DNA of 64,000 bases. Source: the human T2T-CHM13v2.0 reference genome, Homo sapiens. Location: the NCBI RefSeq assembly GCF_009914755.1, contig NC_060927.1; one strand, written 5' to 3'. A program made the position numbers and the translations under genes. This document shows positions 13,181-28,069 of the stretch, piece by piece (the stretch's first letter is position 1; each line of letters opens with the position of its first letter). The notes beneath the pieces were generated by a model. It saw nothing but the letters and a program-made list of their open reading frames with translations. It did no database searches and was not told where the DNA came from.

Positions 13181-14219
13181 CCTTTACCTTGGCCAGCCAG
13201 CGTCTGCAACAAGATTGAGCTAAAACTTCATCAAGTAACCAGGATAATACATTTTAGGTAGGAAAACATAGATGAAATAAGGGCTTAAATGCAGAGAAAA
13301 GTAAGTTGGTGTTAGGGTTAATACATAAAAAAAAATGTGTAAGACAGAGTAGCGAGAATTTCACAGCAGTTAGAAATGGAAAAAGATTTCAACATGATAC
13401 AAAAACTGCCAAGAAATCTATTAGCTTTTCCCTTAGGTGACGCAGTCTTCCCCTCATATAAATAAAATAATTGCTACTATTATAGTTGGAGAAAAATCAA
13501 CTGAAATGTACATTAAACACGTATTAGAGATTTAACATTCTTCACATCATTTCACATGCTGAAAACTCAACCTTTGTAAATATAGCCATGAACCTTATTA
13601 TTTACTATAATAAAGTAACAGCATATCCTTTTCTATGTACTACTTGCAGAAGTATAAAAGGCAAATGTGTTCTTGCTCTTTAGGTGCAATTACAAGGCAG
13701 CAGAATGTAGAGTTAGGCTAATTTTTTGCATTTTGTGCTCATCAGACAGTGGCTACCAACCCTGCAAGAAAAAACTGGTACCAAAAATACTTCATCGGAA
13801 ATTCTATTTTCATACTTAGTTGCTTTCAGTATTCTTACTAATTTGGTCAAACTTATGTCAGCTCCCTCATTAAAATTGTTTTCTGTCTAAATCGTTATCT
13901 TTTCTGTGTACGTATATGTGTGTATGTGTATTATTTGGTCAATATTCAGACAGAACAAGTCTGAGATGCACCGCATAACAAAAGTAATCACCCCATCCCC
14001 ATACTTCTCAGGGAATATCTACCTGGTACCAATAAGCTCATCAAGAGTTCATCTGAATTCATAGCCTTTGTCAATCAGAGGTGATAAACTGTGATTTTAG
14101 TAGTCTATGTTCCCTGCAAGACCATCGTCTTCATGAGGGCTAGAATCTGGTTTATTTTCTTTCTTTTTTGTCATCACCACCTAGTTCAGGACAAAGCACA
14201 CAATATACAACCATTGGAT

Positions 14220-14560
14220 ATTTCATTCATTTATTCTAAAATGTTTATTGAGTACTTACTATGTGACAGGCATTGTTCCAAGTGGTGGTGATTTAGGAGT
14301 GAACAAAATAGATGGAAATTTCTGATCTCATGGAGATTATATATATTTGTTGTGGATGTCTGATAATAAATATATAGAATGACAGACAATTATCTGCGCT
14401 AAGGAATTAAAATAAAGCAGGGAAAGGGAAAAGTAAATGATGGGATTGGGAGTTGGGGTTGAAATTTTAGATAGGGGGACCAGCAAAGAAATTATGGAAA
14501 GATCACATTCAAGTGAAGACCCAAAAGAAATGAAGGAGGGAGTTAGCCAGAAATGCCTTG
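14220..14560 (-). mobile_element. L2a LINE 3' end
   Basis: ttcattcatttattc...atgtttattgagtacttactatgtgacaggcattgttc, gtgaacaaaataga...ctcatggag. Confidence 0.75.
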
Positions 14561-15565
14561 GAGAAAAGGCAAAGGAATAGGAAAGAGTTTCCTTTAAAAT
14601 GCCAGGCTATATTCAGATAGAAATGTTTCTATTAAAATATAAAGGTATACGAAAGGCATTCAAGCCAAAGAAATAGGAAAGACTTTTCTTTAAAATGTCA
14701 GGCTATATTCACACAGAAATGTTTCTATTAAAATATAAAGGTCCTATAGAAACATTTCTGTACGAATATATAAACATCAAATACATAAAAGTTTTAAAAT
14801 GTTTCATAAGAAAGGAACTTAGAAATCAAGAAGATAGAGCTAGGGTATTTGGCATTACTATGATTCTACCACAACCCTCCCAGGGGAATTATCCAGCTCA
14901 GTAATAACCTGAGAAATTTAGGGGTACAAATAAAGTTTGCAATAACTGTAATCACTGAGAATGGCAACCTCCTAATAGATCTGGAATACCTAGAAGAAAC
15001 AAATCCACTTTTGCAGGATACCTTCAACAACTCAGGTCATGTGGGAGTCTCACAGAAAAAGCAAACACCAATGAAAAAGAGCTCATATATCAAAAATATC
15101 AAATCCGAAGAAAGGTTCATCCATAAATGAGTCAGCAGATGAAAAACTTTAAATGAAATGTACGCATTAAGTTCAAAATAGGGCACAATCTTAGGGAACT
15201 AATCTGAGGGCCAAAATAAAAAAAGAAAGAAACTATGAAAAAGGCAGATTTGATAAATATACAGAGATTTATAGAAATAAAATTGTCATTAAAATTAATA
15301 TCTGAAGTGAGAATTTATCATATTAAATGGAGCTAAAGGGAGGATTACTGAACTGAAAAATAATTCCAAGGAATTTACCTACCATAAAACAGAGATAGAA
15401 GATATTTTTTAAAAAGATTAGGAGATATAAGTGACAAAATAAAAAACTCTAACATATCTAATAAGTATTTAAGAATGAAAAAAAATAAAGACAAAAATGC
15501 AATATCTGAAATGATGATGAATCTTTTCCAAAACTGATAAAACCTCAGAAAACTGTAAAACAGCA

Positions 15566-16268
15566 TCAGGTAGGTCCTTCAGGGAATATTTCAGAAAAAG
15601 GAATTTTTATCACAGGAGATGACAGCTCCATGCATGTTATTACGCCAGAAGACCTTCCAGTGGGACAAGACGTAGAGGTGGAGGACAGTGATATGGATGA
15701 TCCCGACCCTGTGTAGACCTGGCTAATGTGTGCATTTTTGTTAGTTTTTAGCAAAGTTTAAAAAGTTAAAAAAAATTAAATGGAAAAAATACAGAATAAA
15801 GATGTAAAGAAAAAATATTTTGTACAGCTATACAATTTATGTGAGCTTTAAACTAAGTGTTATTACAAAAAATTCAAAAAGTTAAAAAATATGTTTATAA
15901 AGTAAAACACTTAACAGTAAGCTAGGGTTAATTTATTATTGAAGAAATATGAAACTTTTATAAATTTAGTGTAGCCTAAGTGTACAGTGTTTATAAAGTC
16001 TACAGTAGCATACAGTAATGTCCTAGGCCTTCACATTCATTAACCACTCACTCACTAACTTTCTCAGAGCAACTTCCAGTCTTGCAAGCTCCATTCACGG
16101 TATTAATTATAACTTATAAGCAAAAGACTATACCATACAGCATACGTGTACAATAGGCCATACCATCTACGTTTATCTAAGTACACTCTATGATGCTCAC
16201 ACAATGATGAAATCACCTAACAATGCATTTCTCAGAATGTATCCCTGTCATTACGAGATGCATGACTA
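15566..16268 (+). mobile_element. Tigger3 (Golem/MER7 family) DNA transposon, 3' portion
   Basis: ggagatgacagctccatgcatgttatt...gaagaccttccagtgggacaaga; terminal gcatttctcagaatgtatccctgtcattacgagatgcatgact followed by TA. Confidence 0.85.
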
Positions 16269-16775
16269 TATATCAAAACTCATGCAATGCAGCTAAACAG
16301 TCTTAGGGAGCAAAGTACAACTTTAAGTTAATATGCTAAAAAGAAAAGACAAGACTAAAATTATCAAGACATTAGAAAAGTTACAAAAAACTAAAACCAA
16401 AAAATGTAAAAGCTGAAACGTAACAATAATACTGAGCATAAGGGAAATGAAAAACAAAAATGTAAAGACAGTCAACAAAATTAAGTGTTGCTTTTTTTAA
16501 ATGACTAATAAAGTAGAAAAATCTCTGGGAATTTTTATTATAAAAAAGAAGATAGAAATAAAATTAAAAAGAAAAAACAAATCTATTTGGACATTTAAGT
16601 GATTACTGAATACTATGAAATACTTTATGCTAATTTGACTTAAATGTTCAAGTTATTTTACAAGTGAAATAATATGAACAATTTTGTAGAAAAATATAAC
16701 TTGCCTAAGAAGAACTAGAAACTCTGATTCGACAATTATAAAGATATCACATATGTGGTTAGAAATTTATATAAA

Positions 16776-16825
16776 CATACACACACACATGCACGTGTGC
16801 ACACACACACACACACACACACACA
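16776..16825. repeat. (CA)n microsatellite
   Basis: Seen directly. Confidence 0.95.
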
Positions 16826-17029
16826 TTACCAGGCCCAAATATATTTAAATATAAAATTTAATAAACCTTTAAAAATCTGTTGAGGTCTATGTGATAAAAA
16901 TTGGACCATAGAAAACAGGAAAGCACCTCAACTCTTGTATAAGGCCCTTGAACACTGATATCAAACCCAGATAAAGGTATTATGAGAAAGAAAAATTATT
17001 TACAATGGTGAGGATTTAGAAGAGGTACA

Positions 17030-17290
17030 AGCTAGCCAAAAGACACTCAGAAAAAGAAAAGTAACAATAGCTATTATTTATTTAGCTACTACTAAGTGTT
17101 TGATAAGAGTTTTGCATATATTATTTAATCTGTATATCAGCCATATAAGTGGTTTTATTTTCATTATTATCACAATTGTATAAATAAAATGATGCTCAAA
17201 AAAAATAAATGGGCTCAAAGTCATAAAATTAATAAGTAGCAGCAGTTGATAGAGGGAGACTCTAAAGACCATGTACTTAAACACTGCCTT
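17030..17290 (-). mobile_element. MIR SINE
   Basis: taacaatagctattatttatttagctactact...tttgcatatattatttaatc...aaagtcataaaattaataagtagcag. Confidence 0.6.
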
Positions 17291-18941
17291 GTACTATTTA
17301 CTCATCTTTCTTAATTATGTTCACAGAGGACATTATGCTGTCTCCCTAACACTTCACCCAATTTTAAATAAAGCATAATTTTTGGTTTTTAGCAGCTTTA
17401 CTATGATGTTCCCAAGTATTGTTTTCTTCACGTTTATTGTGTTTAGAGTTCACTAAGCTTCATGTCTTTCACAAAATTTGGGAATTTTTAACCTTTCTTC
17501 TTAAAGTCTTTAAATATTTTCTCTGTCCTATTCTTGTTCTTCAATACCCTACATGAGAGAACAGGAGGTCCCTCAGACATATACCCCCACAGCAATAAAA
17601 ATTTTCTAGTTATCCCAAAAAAAAAGTGCCCTAGTTGAAACTTTGGGGCTCAAGTAGGGGGTTGTGAACACTAGTGACACCCAAGACCTAAGAAGGCCAT
17701 TTTGAGAGGGTAGAATCAAGCCCACATGACAGACTTGCCAATGATGGTCCCAGCTTCAGACATGGAAATAGCTCCAACATCCTGTATCAAAAACATCGAC
17801 AAAGGGGCCTGGAAGAAGTCATGCACACTAATGCCTCAGGTGACAGTCATTTGTCTTGGCTGAGGATCCTAAAAGGGAGCTCCCACTTAGCTCCAGTTCC
17901 TCTTGGCTGCTCTCTCAGAGCAGTCCTGCCAGCACAGGGAAAAAGAACTCAAAATAATCATTTTCAATAAGTCCAATGAGATGTAGAAAACACAAATAAA
18001 CCACAAAATATAATTAGGAAAATAATTCATTAAAAAATTAGTTTAGTTTAAATATTATATTCCATAAAAAAAGGACCAAACAGATACCCTATAGCTGAAA
18101 AGTATGAAGACAGAAGTGAAAAATTCAATACAGGGCTTCAACAGCAGACTCAATCATACAGAAAAAGAATTGATGAACATGATGACAGGTAATTTGAAAT
18201 TACCCACCTAGAGGAACAACAAGAAAAAGACTGAAAAAGCATGATGAAAGTATGAGGAACCTATGGGACAATACCAAGTGTACAAACATATGAATTAGGA
18301 ATTCCCAGAGAAGACAGACAGAGTAAGAGGACAAAAACTAATATAAAGAAATACTAGCAGAAAAGTTCCCAAATCCTGGGAGGCATATGGACATTCAGAT
18401 TCAAGCAGCATAAAGGCTTCCAAGAGAGATCCCAAACAGGAATGCTCTAAGACATATTATAACCAAATTGTCAAAAGTGAAAGACAAAGAGAGATCTTGA
18501 AAGTAGTGAAAGAAAAGAGCCTTGTTCCATATAAGTGAACATCCAAAAGACAATCAGTAGATTTCTCAAGAAAAACCTTGTAAGCCAGGAGGGAATGGAA
18601 TAATAGATTCAAAGTGCTAAAAGAAAAAAAAAAAAACCTGCCAAATAAAACAGTATATCCACAAAAGCTGTCCTTCAAAAATGAAGGAGGGATAATAACA
18701 TAACCAGACAAAGGAAAACTGAGGGAGGTCATCACAAGACTTAGAAGAAATGCTAAAGAAAGCTCTTGGAGTGGAAATAAAAGGATACTAGATGATAAAA
18801 TAAAATTATATGAAAGAATAAAACTTACTGGTAAAAATAAACATATAGTCAAAATCAGAATACTCTAATACTGAAATGGTAATACGCACATCACTTTTTA
18901 ATAGGGTTATTTGTCTCCTTATTATTTGTTATTAGGTATAC

Positions 18942-21900
18942 TTTTAAACTTTTTATTTTAATATTTTTGGAACACAGTAAGTATATATATTTATGGGGTA
19001 CATGAGATATTTTGATATAGGCACATAATGCCTAATAATCACATAAAGGCAAATGGAGTATCCATCACCTCAAGCATTTATGCTTTGTGTTACAAAGAAT
19101 CCAACTACACTCTTTTAGTTATTTTAAAATATACAATTAAATTATTTTTGACTAGTCACCCTGTTGGGTGATCAAATACTAGATCTTACTCCTTCTTTCT
19201 AGCTATCGTTTTGTACTCATTAACCATCCCCACTTCCCCGGCTCCTACTCCCCAGTTACCCTTCCCAACCTCTGGTAACTGTCATTCTACTCTCTATCTC
19301 CGTGAGCTCAATTGTTTTAATTTTTAGCTCCCAGAAATATGTGACAACATGTTAAGTTTGTCTTTCTGTGCCTCACTGACACACAAAAAAGAATGACAGA
19401 ACCTCATTCTTTTTTAAGGCTGAATACTACTCCATTGCATATATGGGCCATATTTTCTTTATCCATTCTTTTGTTAATGGACACTTAGGTTGCTACCAAA
19501 TCTTAGCTATTTTAACTAGTGCTGCAATAAACATGAAAGTGCATATATATCTTCAATATACTGATTTCCTTTGTTTTGGGTATATACCTAGCAGTCAGAT
19601 TGCTGGACCATATGGTAGATCTGTTTTTAGTTTTCTGAAGAACCTCCAGGCTGTTCTCCATAGTACTTATACTTATTTACATTTCCGCCAACAGTGTACA
19701 AAGATTCTCTTTTCTCCATATCCTCACCACCACCCATTATTGCTTGTCTTTTGGATGTAAGTCATTTTAACGGGAGTTAGATGATATCTCATTGTAGTTT
19801 TGATTTGCATTTCTCTGATGATCAATGATGTTGAGCACTTTTTCATATACCAGTTTGCGATTTGTATGTCTTCTTGTGAGAAAAGTCTATTCAAATCTTT
19901 TCCCCATTTTTTATTTGGATTATTGGATTATTTTGTATATAGTTGTCTGAACTCCTTATATATTCTGGTTGTTAATCACTGTCAGATGGACATTTTGCAA
20001 ACACTTTCTCTCATTCTGTGGGTTGTCTCTTCACTTTGTTGATGGTTTCCTTTGCTGTGCAGAAGCTTTTTAGTTTGATGTGATCCCATATGTCCATTTT
20101 TGCTTTGGTTGCTTGTGCTTATGGGGTATTAAGAAATATTTGCCCAGTCAAATGTCCTGGAAAGTTTCCTCAGTGTTTTTTTTTTCAGTAGTGTCATAGT
20201 TTGAGGTATTAGACTTAAGTCTTTAATTCATGTTGATTTCATTTTTGTATATAATGAGAGAGAAGGGTCTAGTTTCAGTCTTCTGCATGTGGGTATTCAG
20301 TTTTCCCAGCACCATTTATTGAAGAGACTGCCCTTTCCCCAATGTATGTTCTTGCCACCTGTGTTGAAAATGAGTTCACTGTAAACGTATGAATTTGCTT
20401 CTGGGTTCTCTATTCTGTTCCATTGCTATATACACTGTTGGTATGCCAGTACCATGCTCTTTTGGTTACTATAGCCCTGTAGTATAATTTGAACTCAGGT
20501 GATATTCCTAGTTTTGTTCTTTTTGCTCAGGATATCTTTGGCTATTGTGGGTCTTTTGTGGTTTCCTATAAATTTTATAATTGTGTTTTCTATTTCTGTG
20601 AAGAATGTAATTGGTATTTTGATAGAGATTACATTGAATCTGTAGACTGCCTTGGGTAGTATGGGCATTTTAACAATGTTGATCCTTCCAATTCATGAAC
20701 ATGGAATATCTTTCCATTTTTTTGTGTGTCCCTTTCAATATCTTGCAACAATCTTTTATAGTTTTTATTGTAGAGATCTTTCTCTTCTTCAGTTATTTCC
20801 TAGGTATTTAATTTTATCTGTAGCTATTATAAATTGAATTACTTTTTAAATTTCTTTTTCAGATTATTCACCATTGACACATAAAAATGTCACTGACTTT
20901 TGTATGTTGACTTTGTATCCTGCAAATTTACTGAATTTATTGATCAGTTCTAATAGTTTTCTGGTGAAGTCTTCAAATATAAGATCATCTCATCTCCCAA
21001 CAAGGAAAATTTGACTTATTGCTTTCCAGTTTGGATGAGCATTATTTCTTTCTCTTCTCTAATTGTACTACTATGACTTCTAGTTTTATGTTGAATAACA
21101 GTGATGAAAGTGAGCATCCTTGTCATGTTCCAGATCTTAGGGTAAAGGCTTTCAGTTTTTCCCCACTCAGCATGATACTAGCTGTGGGTCTGTTGTATGT
21201 GGCTTTTATTATGTTGAGATATGTTACTTCGATATCCAGTTTTTTGAGGGTTTTTTTTTTATCATGAGGGGATACTGAATCTTAACAAATGTTTTTTTCC
21301 AGCATCAACTGAAATAATCATATGGTTCTTGTCCTTCATTCTGTTGATATGTGGTATTATATTGATTGATTTGCATGTGTTGAATAATCATTGAGGCCTG
21401 GGATAAATTCCACTTGGTCATGATGATCCTAATGTGTTGTTGAATTTGGGTTACTAGTATTTGCTTATGGATTTTTACATCAATGTTCATCAGGGATATT
21501 GGCCTGTGGTTTTCTTTGTTTTCTTTTCTTTTTTTTTTTAAATGTGTCTTTGGTTTTGGTATTAGGATGATACTGGCCTCACAGAAGATGGACACATTCC
21601 CTCCTCTTCTATTTTTCAGAATAGTTTGAGTAGAATTGGCATTAGTTCTTTAAATGTTTGGTAAAATTCAGCAGTAAAGCGATCAGGTCCCAGGGTTTCC
21701 TTTGCTGAAGGACTTTTTATTACAGCTACCATCTCATTACTTATTACTGGTCTGTTCAGGTATTGGAATTCATGGTTCAATCCTGGTAGGTTGTATATGT
21801 CTAGGAATTTACTCATTTCTTCTAGGTTTTCCAATTTATTTACATGTATTAATAGTTGCTTATAGTAGCTTCTAATGGTCTTTTGAATTTCTGTAGTATC

Positions 21901-24900
21901 AATTGTAAGGTAACCTTTTTCAATTTTGATTTTATTTATTTGGGTCTTCTATCTTTTTTTCTGTCAATTTTGTTTATCTTTTCAAAATGTCTGTCAATTT
22001 TGTTTATCTTTTCAAAAAACCAACTTTTCATTTCACTGATCTTTTGTATTATTTTCTTCATTTCAACTGCATTTATTTCTGCACTGATCTTTATTATTTA
22101 TTTAATTCTACCGATTTTGGGTTTGGTTTACTCTTGCTTCTCTAGTTCTCTAAGATGCATTGTTGGTTTTTTTATTGAAAGTTTTTCTACTTTCTTGATG
22201 TAGGCACTTGTCACTACAAATTTCCCTCTTAGTTTTGATATGTTCTGTTTCCATTATCATTTATTTCAAAAAACTTTTAAAATTTCCTTCATAATTTCTT
22301 CATTGACCAACTGATCACTCAGGAGTACACTGTTTAATTTCCATGTGTCTGTATAGTTTCCACAATTCTTCATTATTAATTTCTAGTTTTATTCCATGGT
22401 GATCAGAGAAGATATTTGATATTATTTCAAATTTTTGAATATTTTAAAGCTTGTTTTGTAGTCTTAGGTATCCTTGAGAATGATCCATATGCTGATGACA
22501 AAAATGCGTATTTTGCAGCCGTTGGATGAAATGTTATGTAAATATGTATTAGGTTCATTCAGTCTATGGTGCAGATTAAGTCCAATGTTTCTTTGCTGAT
22601 TTTCTGTATGGATGATCTGTTCATTGCTGAAAGTGGGATGTTGATGTCTTCAGCTATTACTGTACTGGGGTCTATCTCTCTGTTAAGCTCTGATAATATT
22701 TGCTTTATATATCTGGGTGCTCCAGTGTTGGGTGTATATTTATTTACAGTTGTTATATCCTCTTGCTAAACTGACCCCTTTATAATTACATAGTGACCTT
22801 CTTTATCTCTTCTTGTAGTTTTTGTCTTGAAATCTGTATTGTATGATATCAGTATATTTCAAGTATACTTCCAAATATGATTACAGTATTATAATGTTGT
22901 TTTTCTATGTACATATTACGTACATACCAGTAGTATTATGTACTATGTAATAGTAATAATATTTTTACTGTTACTGCAAGTTTTGTACCTTCAGATGATT
23001 TCTTATTGCTCATTAACATCCCTTTCTTTCTAATTGAAGTACTCCATTTAGCATTTCCTGTAGAACAGGTCTGATATTGATGAAATCCCTCAGCTTTTAT
23101 TTGTCTGGGAAAGTCTTTATTTCTCCCTCATGTTTGAAGGACATTTCACCAGGTATACTATTATAGGGTAAGAGTTTATTCCTTCAGCACTTTAAATATG
23201 TCATGCTACTTTTTCCTGGGCTGTAAGGTTTCCACTGAAGAGTCTGATGCCAGATGCTCTGTTGTATGTTATTTGTTTCTTTTCTCTTTCTACTTTTAGA
23301 ATCCTTTTCCTTATATTTGACCTTTTGGGAATTTGACTATTAAATGCTTTGAGATAGTCTTCTTTAGGTTAAATCTGCTTGGTGTTCTTTAACCTTCTTG
23401 TGCTTGAATAATTATATCTTTCTCTAGGCTTGTGAAGTTCTCTAATACCGTCCTCAGAACAAACTTTCTACCTCTACCTCTCTCTTTACCTCACTTTTAA
23501 GACCAATAACTGTTGCCCTGTTGAGTATCTTGTAGGCATGCTTCATTCTTTTTTATTCTGTCCTTTTGTCTCCTAAATATGTTTTCAAACAGTCCTTCTT
23601 CAAGCTCACTAATTCTTTCTTCTGTTTGATCAATTCTCCCGTTAAGAGGCTGCTGCATTCTTCAGGGTGTCAACTGCATTTTTCACCTCCAGAATTTCTG
23701 TTTGATTCTTAAAAATTGTGTCAATCTATTTGTTAAATTTGTCTGATAGGATTCTGAATTCCTTCTCTATGCTATCTTGAATTTTATTGAGTTTCCTCAA
23801 TAATTCTGTCTAAAAGGTCACGTTATCTCTGTGTTTCTGAGATTGATCCTTGGTGCCTTATTTAGATTGCTTGATGAGGTCATGTCTTCCTGGATGGTCT
23901 TGATGCTTGTGGATGTCTGTTAATGTCTACACAGTGAAGAAGTAGGTATTTATTGTAGTCTTGGCAGTCTGGACTTGTTTGTACCCACCCTTCTTGGGGA
24001 AGCATTCTAGGTATTCAAAGGGACTTGTTTATTGTGACTAAATTTTTGGTCAATGCAGCTGTGTCTACATTGGGGGCACTCCAGGGTCAGTTACACTGAG
24101 GCTCTTACAGACTCATAGAATTACCATATTGGTGGTCTTGTACAAGATCTGGAAGAATTCTCTGGATTACTAGGCAGAGACTTTTGTTCTCTTCCATTAC
24201 TTTCTCCCAAACAGAGTCTCTCTGTGTGAGTGTGCTTAGCTGCCTGGTGCTGGGCTGGGAGAGACATAATACAAGTTCCCCTGTGGCCATCACCACTGAG
24301 ACTGTGCTGGGTCTGACCTGAGGCCAGCACAGCACTGGGTCTTGCAGAAGGCCCACTATAACCACTATTTGGCTGCTGCCTACATTCACTCAAGGCCCTG
24401 GGGTTCTACAATTATCAGTTACCAACACCAGCCACATCTGTGTCCTTTTTTTCATGGCACCGAATGCCCCCGGCCCCAGATGGTTCCAGAGAGGCCCTCT
24501 AAGATCCAGGGCCTGGAGTAAGAAACCTTAAGAATCTACCTGGTGCTCCATTCTACTGCAGCTGAGCTGGCACGCAAGCCACAAGACAAGTCTTTTCCAC
24601 AAGCACAGAAGTCTCTTCTCTTGGACACCACTGCCACAGGCCCATGGGGAGTACTAACAAGCTACTGTCAATGTTCATTCAAGACCCAAAGGTTCTTCAG
24701 TCAGCTTGTGGTGAATGCTGCCAGGCCTGGGACTCATCCTTCCATGTGGTGAGCTCCCCTCTAGCCTAGGGAAACTCCCCAAATGCCATTCAAGAACCAA
24801 GTCCTGGATTCAGGAACCCCAAGAGCCCACTTCCTGCTCTACAACACTATGGCCAAGCTAGCATCTAAGCTGCAAGACAAAGTCCCCTTTTCTCTCCCAT

Positions 24901-25558
24901 CTGTTTTTCTCAAGCAGAAGTAGTCTCTCCCTGTAGCCACCACAGCTGGGAATGTTCTGGATCACACCTGAAGCCAGCATGTTTCAGAGTCTCACTCAAT
25001 GCCCATGACATGTACTGCCTGGATATTGCTGCTGATTAGGAAAGGCCCAAAGGCTCTTTAGTCAGCAGGTGATGAATCCTGCCAGGGCTGGGTCCTTCTC
25101 TTCAAGGCAGCACATTCCCTTCTAGCCCAGAGTATATCTAGAAATGTTATCTGGAAGCTAGTGCCTAAAGTGGGTGCTTCAAGACTCTACTTGGTGCCCT
25201 ATCCTACTGTGGCTGAGTGGGATCCAAGTTGCAAGACAAAGTCCTGTTTACTCTTCACTCCTCTCCTCAAGTGGAATAAAGGAGTCTCTTTCAGAGCTAC
25301 CAATTGCATTGCTTGGTGTCAGAGGAGGGGTGGCAGAAGCCCTCCCTTGGCCACCCTGTCTGGTGTCTCACTAGGTCATATGACCCCTGCATCCACTGGC
25401 TCCAAGCCTAGCAGAGCACTAGGACTTGCCTAGGAGTTGCAGTCCTTGTGGCTCAGACTGCCTTAAAGTTTATTTAGGACCCCAGAGAATTTTAGCCCAT
25501 AGTGGTGAAGTTTGTTGATACTTGAGTTCCAACCACTGGGATGGACAATTTCTCTCTT
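18942..25558 (-). mobile_element. ~6.6-kb L1MA1/2-like LINE-1 with 5' UTR, nested in the older L1MA
   Basis: 3' UTR tatatttatggggtacatgagatattttgata; minus-strand ORF2 remnants ([14 protein letters not shown]...[15 protein letters not shown]; [12 protein letters not shown]); ORF1 ~23000-23900; GC-richer 5' UTR to ~25550. Confidence 0.9.
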
Positions 25559-25916
25559 GTAAATCCCTTTTAAGCCTAATATAAAAGATAAAAGACAAAA
25601 AATATCAAAAACAACTATAGCTAGAATATTTGTTAATGGATACACAATATAAAAAGGTATAAAATGTTATATCAATAAAGTGGGGGCCTGGGGGAAAAGC
25701 AAGATACAGAGTTTTTATATGCAATGGAAATTAAGTTGTTATCAGTTTAAATTTGATGGTTGTCATTACAAGGTGTGTTATATATGCCTCAAGGTGACCA
25801 CAGGAAAAAACCTCTAGTAGACACAAAAAATAGAGACATGAATCAAAGCAAAAATTGAATAAAATACAAAAGAAGACAGCAAGATTGGAAGAAAGAAACA
25901 AAAGAACTACAAAACA

Positions 25917-26221
<305 letters not shown>

Positions 26222-27581
26222 TCAGTAAACAATTAACAAATGGCAATAGTAAGTCCTTATTTGTCAATAATTACTTTAAATGTAAATGGATTAAATTCTC
26301 CAATCAAAATACAAAGAGTGGCTCAACAGAAAACAAATATGTAAAATCCAACAATATGCTGCCTATAAGAGGCTCACTTTAGCTGAAAGGATACAGAGCC
26401 AAAAAGTGAAGACATGAGAAAAGATATTCCATTCAAATGATAACCAAAAGAGAATAGGAGTGGTTATAGTTATATCAGACAAAATAGACTATCAGTCAAA
26501 ATCTATCAGAAGACACAAAGAAGGTCATTAAATGATAATAAAGTGGTCAATTCATTAAGAGGATATAAAAAATTGCACATATACATGCACTCAACATTAG
26601 AGAATCTAAATATATAAATTAAATGTTAACAGAACAGAAGGGAAAAATAGACACCAGTATAATAATAGTAAAAGATTTCAATATTCCACTTTCAAAAATG
26701 GATAGATCATATAGACAGCAAATCACCAGGGAAACAGTGGTCTTTAAAAGTACTACAGACCAAATAGACCTACAGACATATATAGAACATTCCATCCAAC
26801 AGCAGTAGAATATACATTTTTCTCAAGTGCACATGGAACAGTCTCCAAATAGATCAGATGTTGGGCCACAGAACAAATCTTAACAAATTTAGAAAAAACT
26901 AAAATTATCTCAAGTATCTTTTCTGACTACATTATAAAATTAGAAATCAATCAAAGGAGAAATTAAAAATGAAAAAATAAAAGTGGAAAAATCACAAACA
27001 TGTGGCAATTAAATAATACACTTCTTAACAGCCAATGTGTAAAAGAAGAAATCAAAACCAAAATCTTGCATATCTTTAAACAAATGAAAATGGGCACACA
27101 ACAAGAGGGAAGGACATAACAATGAATGCCTACATTAATAAAAGAAGAAAAATCTCAAACAACTTAACTTCACACCTCAAAAAATTAAAAAAAGAACAAA
27201 GTGCACAAAGTCAGCAGTAATAAGGATATATTAAAAATTAGACCAGAAATAAATGAAATAGAAAATAGAAAAATAATAGAAAAGATCAGTAAACCTAAGA
27301 GTTCGTTTTTTGAAGACAGATAAATCTTTAGCTAGATTACCCAAGGAAAAAAAGAAAGAAGACTCGAATTTAAAATTTTGTAATGGAAAATGGACAATTA
27401 AAATGATAGAACAGAAACACACAGGATTATAAAAAGACTACATTAAACAATTACATTCCAACAGATTAGATAACTTAGTAAAAAATAAGTTCCTAGAAAC
27501 ATATAAGATGCAAAGACTGCATCATAAATAATAAAATTCGGAACAGATTAATAGCAAGTAAGGAGATTGAATCAGTAATAA

Positions 27582-27920
<339 letters not shown>

Positions 27921-28069
27921 TAGATGTCTTGATGAGCGGATTCTACCAAGCTTTAAAAAATTAATGCCCATCCCTCTCAAACAGTTCCAAAATGTTTACA
28001 AGAATGACACACTTCCTAACTCATTTCAAGGCCAGCATTGCCCTCATACCAAAGCTGGATAAGAGTGCT

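Larger units (their letters stand above)
14940..17000 (+). mobile_element. Highly degenerate old L1M (ORF1/ORF2 remnants), interrupted by Tigger3
   Basis: A-rich L1-like phrases (gaatcttttccaaaactgataaaa; gaaaaatataacttgcc; ctgatatcaaacccagataaag). Confidence 0.5.
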
